Shown in pieces: positions 45,588 to 55,195 of a stretch of 64,000 nucleotides of DNA. The DNA is from a virus. How positions within the stretch are numbered: the stretch's first letter is position 1; each line of letters begins with the position of its first letter. The translations under genes and the position numbers were made by a program. The notes under the pieces were generated by a model, which searched no databases, was not told the DNA's origin, and saw only the letters and a program-made list of their open reading frames with translations. The stretch covers positions 1 to 64,000 of the IMG/VR virus record IMGVR_UViG_3300027754_000045; one strand, written 5' to 3'.

Positions 45588-46960
45588 GTATAAAAGGAAA
45601 TAGTATAATTACGGCAGGAACTTGCGGTTCTGTTGGACCAATTGGTCCTATTGGAAATACAGGTCCAAAGGGATCATTTAATTCTGCTACAGGTGGAATA
45701 GGTCAAACAGGAGCATATATTGATCAAGTTATTTCTGATTTAGAAAATAATACTATTACCTTTTATAGTTCTGATCAAAGAAATTGTATAAGTTTGTTTG
45801 GTTTTACTGGCTCAGAAACAAATACCTCAATTATCAGAGGTGTTTCTTCCTATATTAATCCTTTATATTTTTCTGCCTTATCTTCTATTATTGGTGGTTC
45901 TACCTTTGAGTTTTTTGGAATTTCTGGATCTGGTACAATTTCTGCGAATCTTTCTGCAGATAATAGAGAAATTTTATTATCAAGATCAGTATCATTTCCT
46001 AATATTGTATACGGAAACACCTCGTCAAATTTAATAATATACACAACACCTAGTTTTTCAGCAACAACTACTAAAATTGGTATAACTGGTGGAACCACAA
46101 ATCCAATTTTATATTTTGGATTAACTGCTCATAAAGGAGCAACCACAACAGACATAAATGTGTATTCTGATTTTACAGAATCTTATTATGAAATTAATTT
46201 TGGAATTACGTTGGGGTATTCTACTTCTGGTATCACTAATGATTCTGTTATTGTTGGAAATGATAATGGTGGATTAATACTAGACTTGAAAAATTACACA
46301 ACATACAAAATAAAAACCCCAATAGGAATTACTTCTATAATAGGCAATAGCCAATCAAACACATACCAATTTTACACCTTATTTATTGACGGTGCAGATG
46401 TTTGGAATTTTCCAAAAAATGTTAAATTTGATACAAGACAAAGTGGAATTAGTGGTCCTTGTTTTCTAGACGGAATGAATATAGTTAGTCTGTTTAGTAA
46501 TGATGGAGGAAGTAATTGGTTTGCTTCATTTGTTGCTAAAGGTGTCGGTGATTCAAACCTAACATACGATTATTCACAAATTGGTAGATGTACCAAAGAT
46601 GGTGTTTGTTTAGACCAACAAACAAGATTGTCGTGTAAAAACAATACTGGAACATTTGAATCTATGAAAATTTGTGACTCTAACGTATCTCATTGTGTAT
46701 TAGATTCAGTATGCAGCACGGATGAAGTAGAAACTAGTGTTTGTATAAGTCTTGGTGGTACTCCAGTAGCAAATTGTCCTGCTGCATTTAAAATTCTAAA
46801 TCCAACTTCAGTAACAATTGTACAACCAGAAACGTATAATATTACAGAAAAATATGTAACATATAAAAGAAATACAAAAAATAAAAAAATAAATAATAAT
46901 TGTGTTAGTATATGTTGTGATGGAATAGAACAATATTGTCAAAGCTTAGGAGATTGTTAA
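45584..46960 (+). CDS. fibre protein with short collagen-like repeat and Cys modules
   Basis: GPIGPIGNTGPKG; W.FP.NV.F...SNDGG.NW domain; C-terminal Cys repeats. Confidence 0.6.
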   Translation: MSIKGNSIITAGTCGSVGPIGPIGNTGPKGSFNSATGGIGQTGAYIDQVISDLENNTITFYSSDQRNCISLFGFTGSETNTSIIRGVSSYINPLYFSALSSIIGGSTFEFFGISGSGTISANLSADNREILLSRSVSFPNIVYGNTSSNLIIYTTPSFSATTTKIGITGGTTNPILYFGLTAHKGATTTDINVYSDFTESYYEINFGITLGYSTSGITNDSVIVGNDNGGLILDLKNYTTYKIKTPIGITSIIGNSQSNTYQFYTLFIDGADVWNFPKNVKFDTRQSGISGPCFLDGMNIVSLFSNDGGSNWFASFVAKGVGDSNLTYDYSQIGRCTKDGVCLDQQTRLSCKNNTGTFESMKICDSNVSHCVLDSVCSTDEVETSVCISLGGTPVANCPAAFKILNPTSVTIVQPETYNITEKYVTYKRNTKNKKINNNCVSICCDGIEQYCQSLGDC

Positions 46961-46961
46961 A

Positions 46962-48200
46962 ATGAGTATTCAATTTAGAGCAAGAACAATAACAAAAACT
47001 CTCGATAGTTATAGCCCTACTGTTTTAGAATCTGACATTGGGTGTTGTTGCCGAAGTACTAAAGCCACAAGTAATCAGTCATATCTAAGATCAAAATGTA
47101 TTTCTTCTGGTGGATATTTTACAAATGCTACTAATTGTGATGATTGTGATGATGATACTACTGCAGCATGTCCTGCCGCATTTAACTTTCTTTCTAATAA
47201 TTCAGGATCTTGTTGTTATTCTTATAAAGAAAATAATATATATTATTTTAATTGTGTAAATAAACAATCTGATATTGAGTGTTTAAATATTCACGAAGGA
47301 CGGGAAGAAGGTATTAAATATAAATTTACACCTAATAGTAATTGTGAAGATAATTTGCCTTGTACAATGAATAAACAATTAGGAAATTGTTGCACACAAC
47401 AATTAGACAATTCTGTTTTGTGCTCTATATCTCAAAGAAAACAGTGTAGTGGTTTTTGGTCTCGTAATGATTATATTCAATCCTGTTCTGGATCTACTCA
47501 TTGTAATGGCGTATATTTTTCTGGAGTTACCGCAGAAAGATCTTCAGCAATTGCTGTTTTGTCAGAACTACAATTATCAAATAATCCTATAGAAAAATTA
47601 CCAGAACCAAACAGCATTTATCAAGGAGGATTATATGTTGGAATATTTGTTCCTGGAACACCAATAAACTCGATAGGATCTAAAGTTTTTGGAAATCCTT
47701 TATCTGGTATGCCCAAAGAATACACAGCAAGGGGGAATACTAATAAAACAAAAACCTCTAGCTGGATATTAATAGCAGCACAGCAAGATTTCCCAGTTCC
47801 AAAAAATTGCAAAATGAGTTCAATTACACTTAACAATTCCTCTTACGACGGAGCATTTAATACAAATAAATCAACTTACGTAAAAGATGATTTGTATGAT
47901 AAAGTTAAAAATTTTTCATATAATGGATTTAATGATTGGTATATCCCAAGTCAGGACGAACTAGCATTTTATGCCAAAACTACAGTTAATTATAGTGATA
48001 TACCATATTTTATTAAATTTCACGAATCGTTATATCTGTCGTCTACTGTATATTCTGAAAACCAAAATCAAAGCTTTAAGAGTAATTATTTAGTATATTC
48101 ACAGAATTTTAATAAAGAAAATTATGGAGAAGTTTCTCTTGTTTCAAGAAATACTTTTGTAAATATTCGTCTTTTTAGAAGAATTTATTTAAAAAATTAA
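46962..48200 (+). CDS. Cys-rich protein with C-terminal DUF1566/Lcl (C-type-lectin-like) domain
   Basis: GCCC/GSCC/GNCC modules; NGFNDWYIPSQDEL...YLSST...RLFRRI. Confidence 0.7.
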   Translation: MSIQFRARTITKTLDSYSPTVLESDIGCCCRSTKATSNQSYLRSKCISSGGYFTNATNCDDCDDDTTAACPAAFNFLSNNSGSCCYSYKENNIYYFNCVNKQSDIECLNIHEGREEGIKYKFTPNSNCEDNLPCTMNKQLGNCCTQQLDNSVLCSISQRKQCSGFWSRNDYIQSCSGSTHCNGVYFSGVTAERSSAIAVLSELQLSNNPIEKLPEPNSIYQGGLYVGIFVPGTPINSIGSKVFGNPLSGMPKEYTARGNTNKTKTSSWILIAAQQDFPVPKNCKMSSITLNNSSYDGAFNTNKSTYVKDDLYDKVKNFSYNGFNDWYIPSQDELAFYAKTTVNYSDIPYFIKFHESLYLSSTVYSENQNQSFKSNYLVYSQNFNKENYGEVSLVSRNTFVNIRLFRRIYLKN

Positions 48201-48225
48201 CATATATAACGTAGGAGTATATATT

Positions 48226-48813
48226 ATGGGATGTAATTGTAATAAAAATAAATCTTTACAAAACGTCAATACAAACAAAATTAATATGGAAAATGTAAAT
48301 AAAGAAAATAGCAGTCCTATAGAGTTTCGTAAAGAAGCAATAAATGATAAAAAAACTATTTCTGATAAAATAGGAATGGTTAAAAGTTTCTCTAGGGCTA
48401 TAGTTAGTAGAGGATTTAATAACGAAAAAATAAACAAACCAACAAAACAAATAAGAGCTTTGAGTTGTTTTGGCAATTTACAATCTGGAGGAGAACTTCC
48501 TCCTTGTGAGTTTTTAAAGAACAGCCAAACACCGAATAAATTTTTCTGTGGTGGATGTGGTTGTGGCGACAAACCACAAACTTGGTTGACTATTGAAGGA
48601 GAAGCTTATAGTAAATTAGATTATCCTAAACTATCTTGTCCATTAAAGATGCCTGGATTTTCTAATTACGAATCTAGCGCACCAGACGAACAAACCGTCC
48701 CAATAACCAGGAGATATTACATAGAGCAAATTAATTTTGAAGAAGTTTTGAAGGTGTATGTTACTTCCCCCGATCCAATCGTAGTTCCAGACCAACAACC
48801 AAAATCAGAATAA
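48226..48813 (+). CDS. Cys-rich putative metal-binding protein
   Basis: MGCNCNK; R..SC....PCEFL....CGGCGC...K......CP. Confidence 0.6.
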   Translation: MGCNCNKNKSLQNVNTNKINMENVNKENSSPIEFRKEAINDKKTISDKIGMVKSFSRAIVSRGFNNEKINKPTKQIRALSCFGNLQSGGELPPCEFLKNSQTPNKFFCGGCGCGDKPQTWLTIEGEAYSKLDYPKLSCPLKMPGFSNYESSAPDEQTVPITRRYYIEQINFEEVLKVYVTSPDPIVVPDQQPKSE

Positions 48814-48852
48814 TGAAAATTTATATTGCCATAAATAGTATAAAGGAACCCT

Positions 48853-49653
48853 ATGGCAACACCAATATCAAGAGAAACTCTTATAGAATACAGCTTTAGA
48901 CAACTTGGATCTCCTGTTGTAGAAATCAATGTTGACTGGGAACAATGCGAGGATCGTCTAGATGATGCTCTTCAGTATTTTACAGAACGTCATTTTGATG
49001 GGGTAGAAAAGGTATTCTTTAAATATCAACTAACTGCAAACGATTTAATAAACAAATATATTCCAACAGAAGATATTACTTCTCCAAACGAAGCTGACGG
49101 ACCTACTGGAAAACAAATTGTGTCTATTGTTAAGGTTATGCAATTTGGAATGTTTGCTAATATCAATATGTTTGATGTTCGCTATCAACTAGCATTATCA
49201 GATTATTTTGGTGTGAATAGAAATCTTGGTGGTAATGCTTCTATGGGTCTTGCTGCTTATGATTCAACAAAACGTTACATTAAACTTATTGAAGATCTGT
49301 TTCAGCCAGAAAAGGCATTAACCTTCAGTAAAGTAACAAATAGATTATATTTAGATATGAAGTGGAGCAATGAAGTTAAGGTTGGTGATTGGCTAGTAAT
49401 TCAAGCATATGCTGCATTAGATCCACAAAAATTTACAGAAATATTTAATGATCGATATCTTAAACGATATGTTACTGCATTAATTAAACGTCAATGGGGA
49501 GCAAACATGTCTAAGTTTGATGGTGTTGCTCTTCCAGGAGGAATTGTGATGCGTGGTGCACAAATTCATTCGGAAGCTGTTAGCGAAATTGCTGCAATAG
49601 AACAAGAAATGATTCATAATTATGAACTTCCAGTAGATTTTATGACGGGTTAA
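48853..49653 (+). CDS. gp13: neck protein gp13
   Basis: LG.PV.EINVD..Q.EDR.DDALQYF.E.HFDG; LK.Y.TALIKRQWG.N..KF. Confidence 0.96.
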   Translation: MATPISRETLIEYSFRQLGSPVVEINVDWEQCEDRLDDALQYFTERHFDGVEKVFFKYQLTANDLINKYIPTEDITSPNEADGPTGKQIVSIVKVMQFGMFANINMFDVRYQLALSDYFGVNRNLGGNASMGLAAYDSTKRYIKLIEDLFQPEKALTFSKVTNRLYLDMKWSNEVKVGDWLVIQAYAALDPQKFTEIFNDRYLKRYVTALIKRQWGANMSKFDGVALPGGIVMRGAQIHSEAVSEIAAIEQEMIHNYELPVDFMTG

Positions 49654-49654
49654 C

Positions 49655-50602
49655 ATGGCAGTAAATCCATATTTTAAAAAGGATTATTCTGGTCAACAAG
49701 ATATTGTTGAAGAGCTTACTATAGAAATAATTAAAACTATGGGAAGAGACATGATTTATATTCCCAGAAATATTTTAGAAACTGATCTTTTGTTTGGGGA
49801 AGGCAATATTGTTAATTATAATACTGGTATTCCGTTAGAAATGTATATAGATTCTGTGTCTGGTTTTGACGGTCAGGGAGATATTTCTACTAAATTTGGA
49901 ATAGAAATTAAAGATAATATTAATTTAACTTTATCCAAAAAAAGATTCAATCAAGAAATTACAAATTCTTTCTCGCAAATAACAAGACCAAGAGAAGGTG
50001 ATTTAATATATTTTCCATTAGCAAAGGCTTTATTTGAAATCAATTTTGTTGAACACGAAAATCCATTTTATCAATTTGGAAAATTATTTTGTTACAAATT
50101 AATATGTGAGTTGTTTACTTATAATCAAGAAGAAATTTCTACAGGCAATACAGATATAGATAGTGTTCAGGAAGAACACCAAGAAGCTATTACTATACTA
50201 CAATTAACCAATATTTCTGGTCAGACCTTATCATTATATCAAGGAGAGACGATATATCAAGTAGACGGTATAACTGGAAATTTGGCAACAATTGATAAAC
50301 AAACTATGACAGCAGTTGTTCTTTCAAAAATGCCTTATTTAAGCGGAAATACAGCATCTATAGAAATAAGCAATATTAATGGAACTCTAAAAACTTCTAA
50401 TGTATTTACGCAAACCATCAAAGGAAGTTCTAGTAATTTAGAATTTTATGCAACTTCCAAAACTATTTCACAATCAATTGCAATCAAAAATAATATTGGT
50501 AATGTCTTAGAAGGTGATAACGATATTCTATCACTAGAAAATGAAATTAAAAATGTTATAAATTATTCAGAAAAAGATCCATTTTCAGAAGGTAAATATT
50601 AA
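49655..50602 (+). CDS. gp14: neck protein gp14
   Basis: Y.PR, EMY, KFG.EI.D, RPREGDLIYFP, FEI.FVEHE.PFYQ.GK, E.DPF. Confidence 0.95.
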   Translation: MAVNPYFKKDYSGQQDIVEELTIEIIKTMGRDMIYIPRNILETDLLFGEGNIVNYNTGIPLEMYIDSVSGFDGQGDISTKFGIEIKDNINLTLSKKRFNQEITNSFSQITRPREGDLIYFPLAKALFEINFVEHENPFYQFGKLFCYKLICELFTYNQEEISTGNTDIDSVQEEHQEAITILQLTNISGQTLSLYQGETIYQVDGITGNLATIDKQTMTAVVLSKMPYLSGNTASIEISNINGTLKTSNVFTQTIKGSSSNLEFYATSKTISQSIAIKNNIGNVLEGDNDILSLENEIKNVINYSEKDPFSEGKY

Positions 50603-51282
50603 TGTTTACTCATTTTAAAAACGATTCAATTAGGAAATTAGTTGTCGGATTTGGTAATTTGTTTAATGGTATTATTATCGAACAAATTAATGCAGACAAT
50701 AGTAAAAGAATGTTTAATGTTCCTTTGTCTTATGCTACAAAAGAAAAATTTATAAAACGATTGACTGATAATAGTTCTATTACTGATACTACACGTATAG
50801 AGATTGGTGTACCTCAAATGGCATTTGAGTTACAAGGAATGGTTTATGATTCTGCTAGAAAACTAAATAAACTTTCTAAAAAAATTAATATTAGCTCTAA
50901 TTTAAATACAGCTGGTGTTTTGTATAGTGAAGTTCCTTATAATTTTACATTTAATGTTTATGTTTATACTAGAAATATAGAAGATAATTTACAAATATTA
51001 GAACAAATTTTACCACATTTTTCTCCTGAATTTATAATTTCTTTAAACATGAACGAACTTAATACTTCTGTAGATATACCGATTGTTCTTGTTGAAACGA
51101 ATTTGTCTCAAAATTCTGAAGGAAGTTTTGATGACAGGAGAAATATTATTACTACTTATCAATTTTTGGCGAAGTCTTATATATATTCTGGAATCAAAAC
51201 AGATCAAACTATTAGAGATATACAAGTGACTACTAAAAATTTACCATTTACATTCACTGATACGTTTGGTTTGACTGGATAA
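50602..51282 (+). CDS. gp15: tail sheath stabilizer and completion protein gp15
   Basis: IRK.V..FG.LFN, VPL.Y..KEKF, P.M.FE, YD..RK, QILEQILP.F.P. Confidence 0.95.
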   Translation: MFTHFKNDSIRKLVVGFGNLFNGIIIEQINADNSKRMFNVPLSYATKEKFIKRLTDNSSITDTTRIEIGVPQMAFELQGMVYDSARKLNKLSKKINISSNLNTAGVLYSEVPYNFTFNVYVYTRNIEDNLQILEQILPHFSPEFIISLNMNELNTSVDIPIVLVETNLSQNSEGSFDDRRNIITTYQFLAKSYIYSGIKTDQTIRDIQVTTKNLPFTFTDTFGLTG

Positions 51283-51285
51283 AAA

Positions 51286-51726
51286 ATGAACGATGATATT
51301 ATCTCAAAATCTTTAGGGTTATCCTTTTCTGGTGCAACAGGAGACATAGTTGCAGTTTCTTCAAAAAATTTAGGAATTGAAAATGATTTTGATTATGCTC
51401 GTGAAAATATAAAATCATTAATTAATAATGGTTCTGATGCAATAGACGAAATTATAAAAATAGCAAAGGCTGGAGACAACCCAAGAGCGTTTGAAGTTGT
51501 AAGTCTTTTGTTAAAAACTGTAGCAGATATGAACAAAGATCTTATAGATCTTTATCAAAAAACTAAAATTGCAAAAAAAGAAGACGTTACTGTTAATAAT
51601 ACTACCAATAATTCTATATTTGTTGGTTCTACAAGCGAATTACAGGATTTAATTAACAAAGATCGTAGTAGAATTAAATCGACAAACAGTCAACATTTTT
51701 TAGAAAATAATAGTGATGGGAAGTAA
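51286..51726 (+). CDS. gp16: terminase small subunit gp16
   Basis: DFDYAREN, PRAFEV, NNSIFVGST.ELQ. Confidence 0.93.
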   Translation: MNDDIISKSLGLSFSGATGDIVAVSSKNLGIENDFDYARENIKSLINNGSDAIDEIIKIAKAGDNPRAFEVVSLLLKTVADMNKDLIDLYQKTKIAKKEDVTVNNTTNNSIFVGSTSELQDLINKDRSRIKSTNSQHFLENNSDGK

Positions 51727-53398
51727 AAAAAAACACGGATATCTTGGTAATCCTAATTTAAAACAAATTAGTACTGAAGTAGAATTTACCAAAGAACAAG
51801 TTGCCGAGTACATGAAATGTGCAAATGATCCTATTTATTTTATTAAAAAATACATAAAAATTGTTACTTTGGACAAAGGATTAGAACCATTTGAACTTTA
51901 TGATTATCAAGAAAAGATGGTTGAAACGATTCAAAATAATCGATATGTTATTGCAAAGCTTCCACGCCAGACAGGAAAAACTACAACAATTGTTGCCTGG
52001 TGTGTTCATTACATTTTATTTAATCAAAGCGTAAATGTTGCTATTTTGGCTAATAAATTAAAAACTGCATTAGAAATTATGAAGCGATTGAAAGAAGCAT
52101 ATGAATATCTTCCAAAATGGCTTCAGCAAGGAGTAGTAGAATGGAACAAAACATCTATTCAAATAGAAAATGGATCTCGTGTTATTGCATCTGCTACCTC
52201 TGCCAGTGCGGTTCGTGGTGGTTCGTATAACGTAATTTTTTTAGACGAATTTGCACACGTTCCTTCAAACATAGCAGACGATTTCTTTAGTTCAGTTTAC
52301 CCTACTATTACTTCTGGACAAACAACTAAAGTTATTATAGTTTCTACTCCTAATGGTATGAACATGTTTTATAGTTTGTGGCAAGGAGCAATTCGTAAAG
52401 ACGGAGAAGAAGGAAAAAGTGAATATGTTCCAATTGAGGTTCATTGGGGACAAGTTCCTCTTTATCCTACAGGACCACTTAGGGACGAAAAATGGAAAGA
52501 AAGAACTATTAAACAATTAGGTGGAGGAGCAGGAGGAGAACAGAGATTTCAAAGCGAGTATGAGTGTGATTTTATTGGTTCGTCTAATACTTTAATTTCC
52601 ACATCAAAGCTTCATAATTTGACTTACAAAAAACCAAAATCAAAATCAAAAGAAGGACTTTGGGTTTATGAAGAACCAGAAGAAAAAAAAGCATACGTAT
52701 TGACTGTAGACACATCAAGAGGTCAGGGTAAAGATTATAGTGCAATATTAGTTTTTGATGTTTCTGATACTCCGTATAAAATAGTTGCAAAGTATAAAAA
52801 TAATATAATTTCTCCAATGTTGTTTCCTACTATGATATATGCTTTAGGAAAAAAGTATAATACGGCTTATGTTTTGGTAGAAGTAAATGATATTGGTGGG
52901 CAAGTTGCAGACATTCTTCATTATGATTTAGAATACGACAATGTTTTAATGAGTACTAATAAAGGCAGAAGTGGTCAGGTACTGAATGGAGGGTTTGGAA
53001 AGGGACAAACTGTTTTTGGAGTTCGCACTACTATGCCAGTCAAAAAACTTGGTTGTTCTATACTTAAAAGTTTAATAGAACAGGACAAACTTCTAATTGA
53101 AGATGAAGAAATTATTCAAGAATTATTGACTTTTGTTTCCAAACACAATACTTATGCCGCAGACGATACTCATACTGATGATTTAGTTATGTGTATGGTG
53201 TTGTTTTCTTGGTTAACAAAACAACCATACTTTAAGGACTTGACTAGTGTTGACATTAGAAAAGAACTTTTTGAGGGGGAAATAAAGAAAATAGAAGAAG
53301 ATGATTGGTTTAGTTTTGGTTTTATTTCTAATGTAGACGAAAATATAGACATTTTGCCTACAGAATCAAAAGACGAAGACTTTTGGCATAAACTCTAA
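51716..53398 (+). CDS. gp17: terminase large subunit gp17
   Basis: YLGNPNLK, PRQTGKT Walker A, IFLDEFA Walker B, STPNG, D.SRG.G.DYS and DDLVM nuclease motifs. Confidence 0.98.
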   Translation: MGSKKKHGYLGNPNLKQISTEVEFTKEQVAEYMKCANDPIYFIKKYIKIVTLDKGLEPFELYDYQEKMVETIQNNRYVIAKLPRQTGKTTTIVAWCVHYILFNQSVNVAILANKLKTALEIMKRLKEAYEYLPKWLQQGVVEWNKTSIQIENGSRVIASATSASAVRGGSYNVIFLDEFAHVPSNIADDFFSSVYPTITSGQTTKVIIVSTPNGMNMFYSLWQGAIRKDGEEGKSEYVPIEVHWGQVPLYPTGPLRDEKWKERTIKQLGGGAGGEQRFQSEYECDFIGSSNTLISTSKLHNLTYKKPKSKSKEGLWVYEEPEEKKAYVLTVDTSRGQGKDYSAILVFDVSDTPYKIVAKYKNNIISPMLFPTMIYALGKKYNTAYVLVEVNDIGGQVADILHYDLEYDNVLMSTNKGRSGQVLNGGFGKGQTVFGVRTTMPVKKLGCSILKSLIEQDKLLIEDEEIIQELLTFVSKHNTYAADDTHTDDLVMCMVLFSWLTKQPYFKDLTSVDIRKELFEGEIKKIEEDDWFSFGFISNVDENIDILPTESKDEDFWHKL

Positions 53399-53409
53399 AA
53401 AACTAAAAA

Positions 53410-53417
53410 TATAAATA
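53410..53417 (+). promoter_or_regulatory. T4-type late promoter TATAAATA
   Basis: Exact motif upstream of the sheath gene. Confidence 0.7.
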
Positions 53418-53470
53418 TACAATAAGGCAACAATAATCATTAATTCTAATTTTAAGGAAAATAATTAATC

Positions 53471-54610
53471 ATGGCATCATTCGAAGAGGCATCAACACTT
53501 ATTGCAGGAATGATATCATTTAACGGTTTAATACCTATTTTTGGTATTACTGGTTCTGATGGTAGTTCCGAAACAGAAATAGGTATTATGACGATTCCTT
53601 CGTATAATAACTGGTTGGCTAGACTAAACGATAGTTCATACAAAAATACGGGGCCTACTGGTGCTTGGGCTGGAGAGTGGTGGAGTATCTACAATTATCT
53701 TCAATATGGAGGTATTTGCGTTGTTGGAAGTACGGGGTCTACTGGGGCATATTTCGTACAAAATGGTGTTTTGGATCCTTTAGCTACACCACTACATAAC
53801 GCAAATTTAATAAATATAGATGTTGTTTTTGATGGAGGAAATGCAAATTCTTCTATATCTGCTGCCAGCATAGCAAACACAAGAAAAGATTGTTTAGCCT
53901 TTTTGGGAAACAATAAATTGATGGTTATACCTACTGGTTCTGGATACACGTTTCATGGTAGAGATTTTGGTGTTACCGCTGGTAGTGAATACGTTTGTTA
54001 TTTTGCTGGTCGTAAAAATTCAATCAATGATGTTTCTGTTCCGTCTTCTGCTGACCCGATTAAAACTAGTCCAGGATCAGATGCTGCTGGGTGCTTGGCA
54101 AGAACATTCAGAACAAACAATAGGTGGACTAGTCCAGCTGGAACCACGAGAGGACGAATATTGAGTGTTGTTGCATTAGAACAAACTATTACTGAACCCG
54201 AATCATCAAGTTTGTTATTGGGTGGTGTAAATCCTATAATACCAATTAATAGTTCTGGATATATTTTAATGGGAAACAAAACTAGTTATACTGGAACAGA
54301 AGCACTTAAGAATATTCATACTATAAATTTAATTATATTTTTAAAGAAAGAATTAAAAAATATATTAGACAATTATTTGTTTGAACAAAACAACGAAGAA
54401 ACTCGACTAAATATATCAAATTCAGTAAAACCTATTCTTAACAACATACTGTCTTCTGGTGGTATACTAAGTTATGCTGTTGTTTGTGACTCTGTAAACA
54501 ACACAGATAATATTATATCTCAAGGAAAATTAATAATAGATTTGACCATAAAACAATCAGTAACTGCAGAAACTATAGTAATAAACTTTATAATTGATGC
54601 TAGTATTTAA
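53471..54610 (+). CDS. gp18: tail sheath protein gp18, unusually short
   Basis: NYLQYG, RKDC.AF, D.AG..AR, W.SPAG..RG, NP, G.KT, LFEQN...TR, VVCD..NNT; 379 aa. Confidence 0.85.
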   Translation: MASFEEASTLIAGMISFNGLIPIFGITGSDGSSETEIGIMTIPSYNNWLARLNDSSYKNTGPTGAWAGEWWSIYNYLQYGGICVVGSTGSTGAYFVQNGVLDPLATPLHNANLINIDVVFDGGNANSSISAASIANTRKDCLAFLGNNKLMVIPTGSGYTFHGRDFGVTAGSEYVCYFAGRKNSINDVSVPSSADPIKTSPGSDAAGCLARTFRTNNRWTSPAGTTRGRILSVVALEQTITEPESSSLLLGGVNPIIPINSSGYILMGNKTSYTGTEALKNIHTINLIIFLKKELKNILDNYLFEQNNEETRLNISNSVKPILNNILSSGGILSYAVVCDSVNNTDNIISQGKLIIDLTIKQSVTAETIVINFIIDASI

Positions 54611-54621
54611 AAGGAATTAAA

Positions 54622-55176
54622 ATGGCAGGAAATCATATAACAGACTTTATTACTAAATTTGGTGGTGGCACAAGACAAAACAGATTTCTTGTTTCTGGTA
54701 GTATTGGTGGTAGAGGCACTACTAAATTTTCTGATTTTACAAAAAATCAAATTCATGTCAGAGCAGCTAGCCTTCCTGCTTCTACTATCTCAGTAATTCC
54801 AGTTAATTGGAGAGGAAGAACGGTCAATTATCCAGGAGATAGAGTATATTCGCCATGGCAGATAACAGTTCTAGACGACAAACCAAAGGGCAAAGAAAGG
54901 CTATTTGAAGCATTTCATGCTTGGAGTAATGAAATAAATGATCACGGAACAAACGTTTCTAAATCTTTGGATTTAAAAAATCATTTCAGTACTGATTGGT
55001 CAGTAAGTCATTTAGACACTAATGGAAATACCACAAATAAACGCAATTTTATTTTAAAAAATTGTTGGCCAATTACCATTGGTGAAATTAGCCTAGATAT
55101 GGGAGCGGATAATACTCTTGTTAGTTTTGCAGTGGGTATAGCGTATAGTCACTTTGAATATGATGCAGTAACTTAA
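54622..55176 (+). CDS. gp19: tail tube protein gp19
   Basis: GG.R.N.F.V, AA.LP.S....IPV..RGR....GDR....W..TV, WP..IG.I.LD. Confidence 0.93.
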   Translation: MAGNHITDFITKFGGGTRQNRFLVSGSIGGRGTTKFSDFTKNQIHVRAASLPASTISVIPVNWRGRTVNYPGDRVYSPWQITVLDDKPKGKERLFEAFHAWSNEINDHGTNVSKSLDLKNHFSTDWSVSHLDTNGNTTNKRNFILKNCWPITIGEISLDMGADNTLVSFAVGIAYSHFEYDAVT

Positions 55177-55195
55177 ATTTGAGGATATAAATATT

